From Oscillatoria sp. FACHB-1406 (GTDB lineage: Bacteria > Cyanobacteriota > Cyanobacteriia > Cyanobacteriales > Spirulinaceae): 64,000 nt of DNA. The stretch lies in assembly GCF_014698145.1 (NCBI RefSeq), contig NZ_JACJSM010000001.1:280633-344632 (forward strand), in the 5' to 3' direction. The notes below the pieces were generated by a model that worked only from the letters and a program-made list of their open reading frames with translations, ran no database searches and was not told where the DNA came from. The number at the start of each line of letters is the position of its first letter. Position 1 is the first letter of the stretch. Made by a program: the position numbers and the translations under genes. Shown here one piece after another: positions 60,542-64,000 of this stretch.

Positions 60542-60609
60542 CTGTGGTGGGCAAAGGCAGATATTGTAATAAAAAACTTATATTCACCTCCTTTGCCCAC
60601 CCTACAAGG
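60542..60609. repeat. 68-bp hairpin repeat copy B, starting 10 bp after the stop of the 81-aa ORF
   Basis: Direct repeat of 59626-59693. Confidence 0.6.
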
Positions 60610-60676
60610 CTCATTTATATACAGTACGCGAGCCAATAAATAGACTGAAGGTACAGTTCAAAAACTTTCAGCTTAG

Positions 60677-61717
60677 CTAACGATATAACCCCATAACTTC
60701 CGTTAAATTTAAGCGCGATCGCACCTCCAACGTTAGCGGCGAAATATGACCGCGATTTAGATGTTCGGATGCCGCACAAGCAATCATTGCTGCATTATCG
60801 GTACACCATTTCAACGGGGGAAAATAAACTTGTAAATCGTGCTGTTTCGCTGCCGCTTGTAAATGTTCTCTCAAGCCGCTATTTGCCGCTACGCCGCCGC
60901 CGATCGCGATTTTACTCAATCCATAATCCAACGCGCAATTTATCGCCCTACGAGTTAGCGATCGCGCTACAGTATCCTGAAAACTCGCCGCAATATCCGC
61001 AACGGGCAATTCTTCCTCTTCCCCTTCCAACTTCTGCACCAACCGCAGTACCGCCGTCTTTAAGCCGCTGAAACTCGAATCGTAGCGATGATATCCGCCC
61101 TCCGGCAGCGATACCCTCCCTTCCGGCAGCGGAAACGTGCGAGAATTGCCGATTTTGGCTAATTTGTCAATCACCGGGCCGCCGGGATAGCTTAAATTTA
61201 ACAATCGCGCCACCTTATCGAAGGCTTCCCCCGCCGCATCGTCGCGGGTACTCCCCAAGGTTTCGTACTCCCCGCAGCCGAGAACGCGAATTAAGCTGGT
61301 ATGTCCTCCCGATACCAACAGGCACAGAAACGGCGGTTGTAGTTCCGGTTCGCTGAGGTAGGAGGCATAAATATGCCCTTCGAGGTGATGCACCCCTAGG
61401 AAGGGTTTCTCGCGTACCATTGCCAGCGTTTTTGCTGCCGTTACGCCCACCAGCAGCGCCCCCACCAATCCCGGCGCGCAAGTTGCCGCTACGCCGTCAA
61501 TTGCGTCCCAACCCCCGCCAAATTCTGTTAAAGCGCGATCGATGCAATCATTTAACATCTCTACATGATGCCGAGAAGCCACCTCGGGAACGACACCGCC
61601 ATAAGGCCGATGAATCGCAATTTGAGAAGAAACAATACTACTTAAAACTTCACGATTTTTAACAATTGCAACCGCCGTTTCATCACAACTGGTTTCAATA
61701 GCAAGAACGATAGACAT
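60677..61717 (-). CDS. tsaD: tRNA N6-adenosine threonylcarbamoyltransferase
   Basis: [19 protein letters not shown]... Kae1/YgjD family. Confidence 0.9.
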   Translation of the reverse strand: MSIVLAIETSCDETAVAIVKNREVLSSIVSSQIAIHRPYGGVVPEVASRHHVEMLNDCIDRALTEFGGGWDAIDGVAATCAPGLVGALLVGVTAAKTLAMVREKPFLGVHHLEGHIYASYLSEPELQPPFLCLLVSGGHTSLIRVLGCGEYETLGSTRDDAAGEAFDKVARLLNLSYPGGPVIDKLAKIGNSRTFPLPEGRVSLPEGGYHRYDSSFSGLKTAVLRLVQKLEGEEEELPVADIAASFQDTVARSLTRRAINCALDYGLSKIAIGGGVAANSGLREHLQAAAKQHDLQVYFPPLKWCTDNAAMIACAASEHLNRGHISPLTLEVRSRLNLTEVMGLYR

Positions 61718-61863
61718 TCTTTTCCCTATCCTTAATAATTTTAAGTCTCAAACCTTTACGGGATCGACCCGTCAGAGTAATATTGCGTCTAGCGTGCAAA
61801 AGAGTTCCTCATCTTTTGTCCCGATAACTTATACTTTTGTAACAGAAGGAAAACACTTTTGCT

Positions 61864-62364
61864 ATGAAAAAGCTATTCGCTTTTATCTTAGTCGTAACCC
61901 TCTGGTTTAACTTTGCTCCCCCCGCCCAAGCTGCGGATGGAACGTCTGGGTTAACACCTTGCGCTGAATCGACTGCTTTTCAGCAGCGCGCTAAGAACTT
62001 CCGCAACACCACCAACGATCCTCAATCCGGTCAAAAACGCGCAGAACGTTATTCCCAAGCACTCTGCGGTCCTGAAGGTTTACCTCACCTGATTGTAGAC
62101 GGTCGTCTTTCCCACGCAGGCGATTTCATCATCCCTAGCATTCTCTTCCTGTACATCGCAGGTTGGATTGGTTGGGTCGGTCGTTCTTACCTGATTGCGA
62201 TTAAAGAAGGTAAGGATACTGAAATGAAAGAGGTGGTCATTGATGTCCCTCTCGCTATCAGCAAGATGCTTACCGGTTTTGCTTGGCCTGCTGCTGCGTT
62301 AGCAGAGTTTGCTTCGGGTAAATTGGTCATTGCTGACAATGATGTGCCGATTTCGCCTCGCTAA
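61864..62364 (+). CDS. psaF: photosystem I reaction centre subunit III
   Basis: Signal peptide plus ...[32 protein letters not shown]... Confidence 0.9.
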   Translation: MKKLFAFILVVTLWFNFAPPAQAADGTSGLTPCAESTAFQQRAKNFRNTTNDPQSGQKRAERYSQALCGPEGLPHLIVDGRLSHAGDFIIPSILFLYIAGWIGWVGRSYLIAIKEGKDTEMKEVVIDVPLAISKMLTGFAWPAAALAEFASGKLVIADNDVPISPR

Positions 62365-62423
62365 TCCCAGCAGTCAAGATCGAGCGACGAAATTCAGTTA
62401 TTTAGGATTTGGAGAATAGATTC

Positions 62424-62549
62424 ATGGAAGGTTTGACGAAGTTTCTTTCGACCGCGCCGGTATTGTTCATGCTTTTAATGACGGTTACAGCCGGGATTTT
62501 GATTGAATTCAATCGTTTTTATCCCGATTTGCTCTTCCATCCGATGTAA
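62424..62549 (+). CDS. psaJ: photosystem I reaction centre subunit IX (41 aa, so missing from the ORF track)
   Basis: [41 protein letters not shown], in the canonical position downstream of psaF. Confidence 0.8.
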   Translation: MEGLTKFLSTAPVLFMLLMTVTAGILIEFNRFYPDLLFHPM

Positions 62550-62557
62550 TCGGCCCT

Positions 62558-62581
62558 CGCTTCCGGCAGGAAGCGTTTATT
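62558..62581 (+). terminator. intrinsic terminator after psaF-psaJ
   Basis: CGCTTCC-ggca-GGAAGCG followed by TTTATT. Confidence 0.5.
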
Positions 62582-62907
62582 AAGCTAAGTTTTTGAGTGT
62601 TGGCAACAATCGCGATCGCGTTACTCGGAGATTTTTATCCCTTAGTACCGCGATCGCAAATTTTTTGGGCTTCCTTCCCGGAATTTTGCTGGGGGGGGAC
62701 AAACCCCTCACTGTTGTTATCCGCAAATAAGCCTTAAATTTCTTCCAAAATCCCCGGTTGAGAATTGGCGATTTATACCGAAGACAATTTAGCTCCTAGT
62801 TTTTACGATTGGAGTGTTCCCACTTCATGAAAATTTCATGAACCCTTTCGGGGAAATCTAAGGCGTTTGGTGAAAATCAAAAATTTAAGCTTATCGGGAG
62901 AATATTT

Positions 62908-63111
62908 ATGTTGTGGGAAGTCAGAGTGACGAACTCCAAGGGCCAAGCTAAACCTTTAGTGATGTACAAAAATCGAGAAACGGCCTTGCGTTGCGTCGAT
63001 GCTCTTTACTCTAAGTACGGCTATCCCATGCACTTAGCCTACAAAGTCTTTCCAGTTTCAGAAAGCGAAGTTCCCTTTTGGCCGCCCTATCCTAACGCCT
63101 ATTCCCTATAA
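62908..63111 (+). CDS. hypothetical small protein (67 aa)
   Basis: ORF only. Codon usage is consistent with its neighbours. No motif recognised. Confidence 0.3.
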   Translation: MLWEVRVTNSKGQAKPLVMYKNRETALRCVDALYSKYGYPMHLAYKVFPVSESEVPFWPPYPNAYSL

Positions 63112-63142
63112 AGCACTTGAGTTGCCAAAACTGCCCCCAAAG

Positions 63143-63571
63143 TTAACGCAGCACCAAAACCGGACAATGGGCGAATCGCACGATGCGTTCCGCCACTGAA
63201 CCCAATAAAAAGCGATCGCTTTGCGAGCGACTGCGAGCGTGAAGCGCGATTAATTCTGCTTCCACAGCTTTTGCATAATCCAAAATTTCCGAACTCGGAT
63301 CGCCAATTTCCACATAAATGTGGATTCCTCGATGCTCGGGTTCGCTGAGTTGCCCGCGTAAAGCTAACGCTGCATGGTATTTGCGCGTGCGGTCGTCAAC
63401 ATTATTCCAAATAATGCCCGGTTCTGCGGCCGGAAAGCGCGTGAGGACGCATATAACATAAACGCAAGACGCATCTCCTCCAGTAATTTCCAACGCAAGC
63501 TTTAAAGCTTGGAAAGATTCAGTCGAAAAATCAATTGGAACGACTACACACTTTTTTCGCAGCCAACTCAT
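63143..63571 (-). CDS. universal stress protein (UspA family)
   Basis: VVPIDFSTESFQAL ... GSVAERIVRFAHCPVLVL. Confidence 0.8.
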   Translation of the reverse strand: MSWLRKKCVVVPIDFSTESFQALKLALEITGGDASCVYVICVLTRFPAAEPGIIWNNVDDRTRKYHAALALRGQLSEPEHRGIHIYVEIGDPSSEILDYAKAVEAELIALHARSRSQSDRFLLGSVAERIVRFAHCPVLVLR

Positions 63572-63595
63572 ACATTAGAGTCTCTCAAACGGAGT

Positions 63596-64000
63596 TTAGC
63601 TGTTGATATCCACAATACGAGAGGACATAAAGCGATTCATCCAATTTTCCAAATACTTGCGGTTTGCCTGCTGCTCGGAAAGATCGCTCGTCTTCATCGG
63701 ATAAGGCGCTAATCCCAGAATTGCAGCCGTGGTAACACAATACATCGATTTCTGGAACGTTTCGCAAATCTTGACGCGCAAGTCATCGTCGCCGCGCTGA
63801 CTGTCTCGATAAAAAGCGTGCAAATAATCGGGTAAATAGTGGCGCATATCCTGCATCAGCAATGTGGGGGGAATACCGGAACTGCCTACAGGAAGGGGAT
63901 CGGCGTAGAGCGCGCCGTAAGTAAAATCGCCTTGGAAAAAGGGAATTTGATACGCTTGAGCGTTGTAGGAAACCGTACCGGGAAAGGGCGTTCCTCGGAA
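63596..64000 (-). CDS. hypothetical protein, 3' part only; gene continues past the right edge of the window
   Basis: The reading frame stays open upstream of the annotated Met through position 64000 (...FRGTPFPGTVSYNAQAYQIPFFQGDFTYGALYADPLPVGSSGIPPTLLMQDMRHYL...). Confidence 0.4.
   Translation of the reverse strand, partial: FRGTPFPGTVSYNAQAYQIPFFQGDFTYGALYADPLPVGSSGIPPTLLMQDMRHYLPDYLHAFYRDSQRGDDDLRVKICETFQKSMYCVTTAAILGLAPYPMKTSDLSEQQANRKYLENWMNRFMSSRIVDINS

Overview
This 64 kb window is cyanobacterial chromosome. The HIP1 octamer GCGATCGC is very dense, there are STRR-like heptamer arrays, and the photosynthesis and N-control genes are typical: psaF-psaJ, an allophycocyanin-family protein, pds-crtB, chlG, and glnA behind a textbook NtcA box (GTA-N8-TAC). 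Most genes are housekeeping: S8 protease, malQ, glnA, cysS, ffh, lnt, pyk, tsaD, thrB, rluD, an ABC-F ATPase, two histidine kinases and others. Scattered between them are accessory features. (1) An orphan 5-repeat CRISPR mini-array at 54495-54822 has no cas genes within the window and is boxed in by MITEs. (2) A 3'-degraded IS605-family TnpB without TnpA sits upstream of a His-rich COG0523 (CobW-like) GTPase. (3) At least three MITE families have precise terminal inverted repeats; one supplies the last codons and stop of the CobW-like gene. (4) A RelE/ParE toxin pseudogene, hit by a MITE, sits beside an antitoxin-like ORF, and both are bracketed by 68-bp hairpin direct repeats. (5) A small defence islet (Mrr, DUF4160-DUF2442 pair, Uma2). 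(6) A TetR-controlled DevBCA-type tripartite exporter. (7) A divergent LuxR/DJ-1 pair sharing a palindromic intergenic site. I could not demonstrate a complete novel multi-gene system. The best leads are the orphan CRISPR array in its MITE setting, the DUF4160-DUF2442/Mrr/Uma2 islet, and the hairpin-bracketed TA remnant. Nearly all antisense and overlapping ORFs in the six-frame track look spurious.
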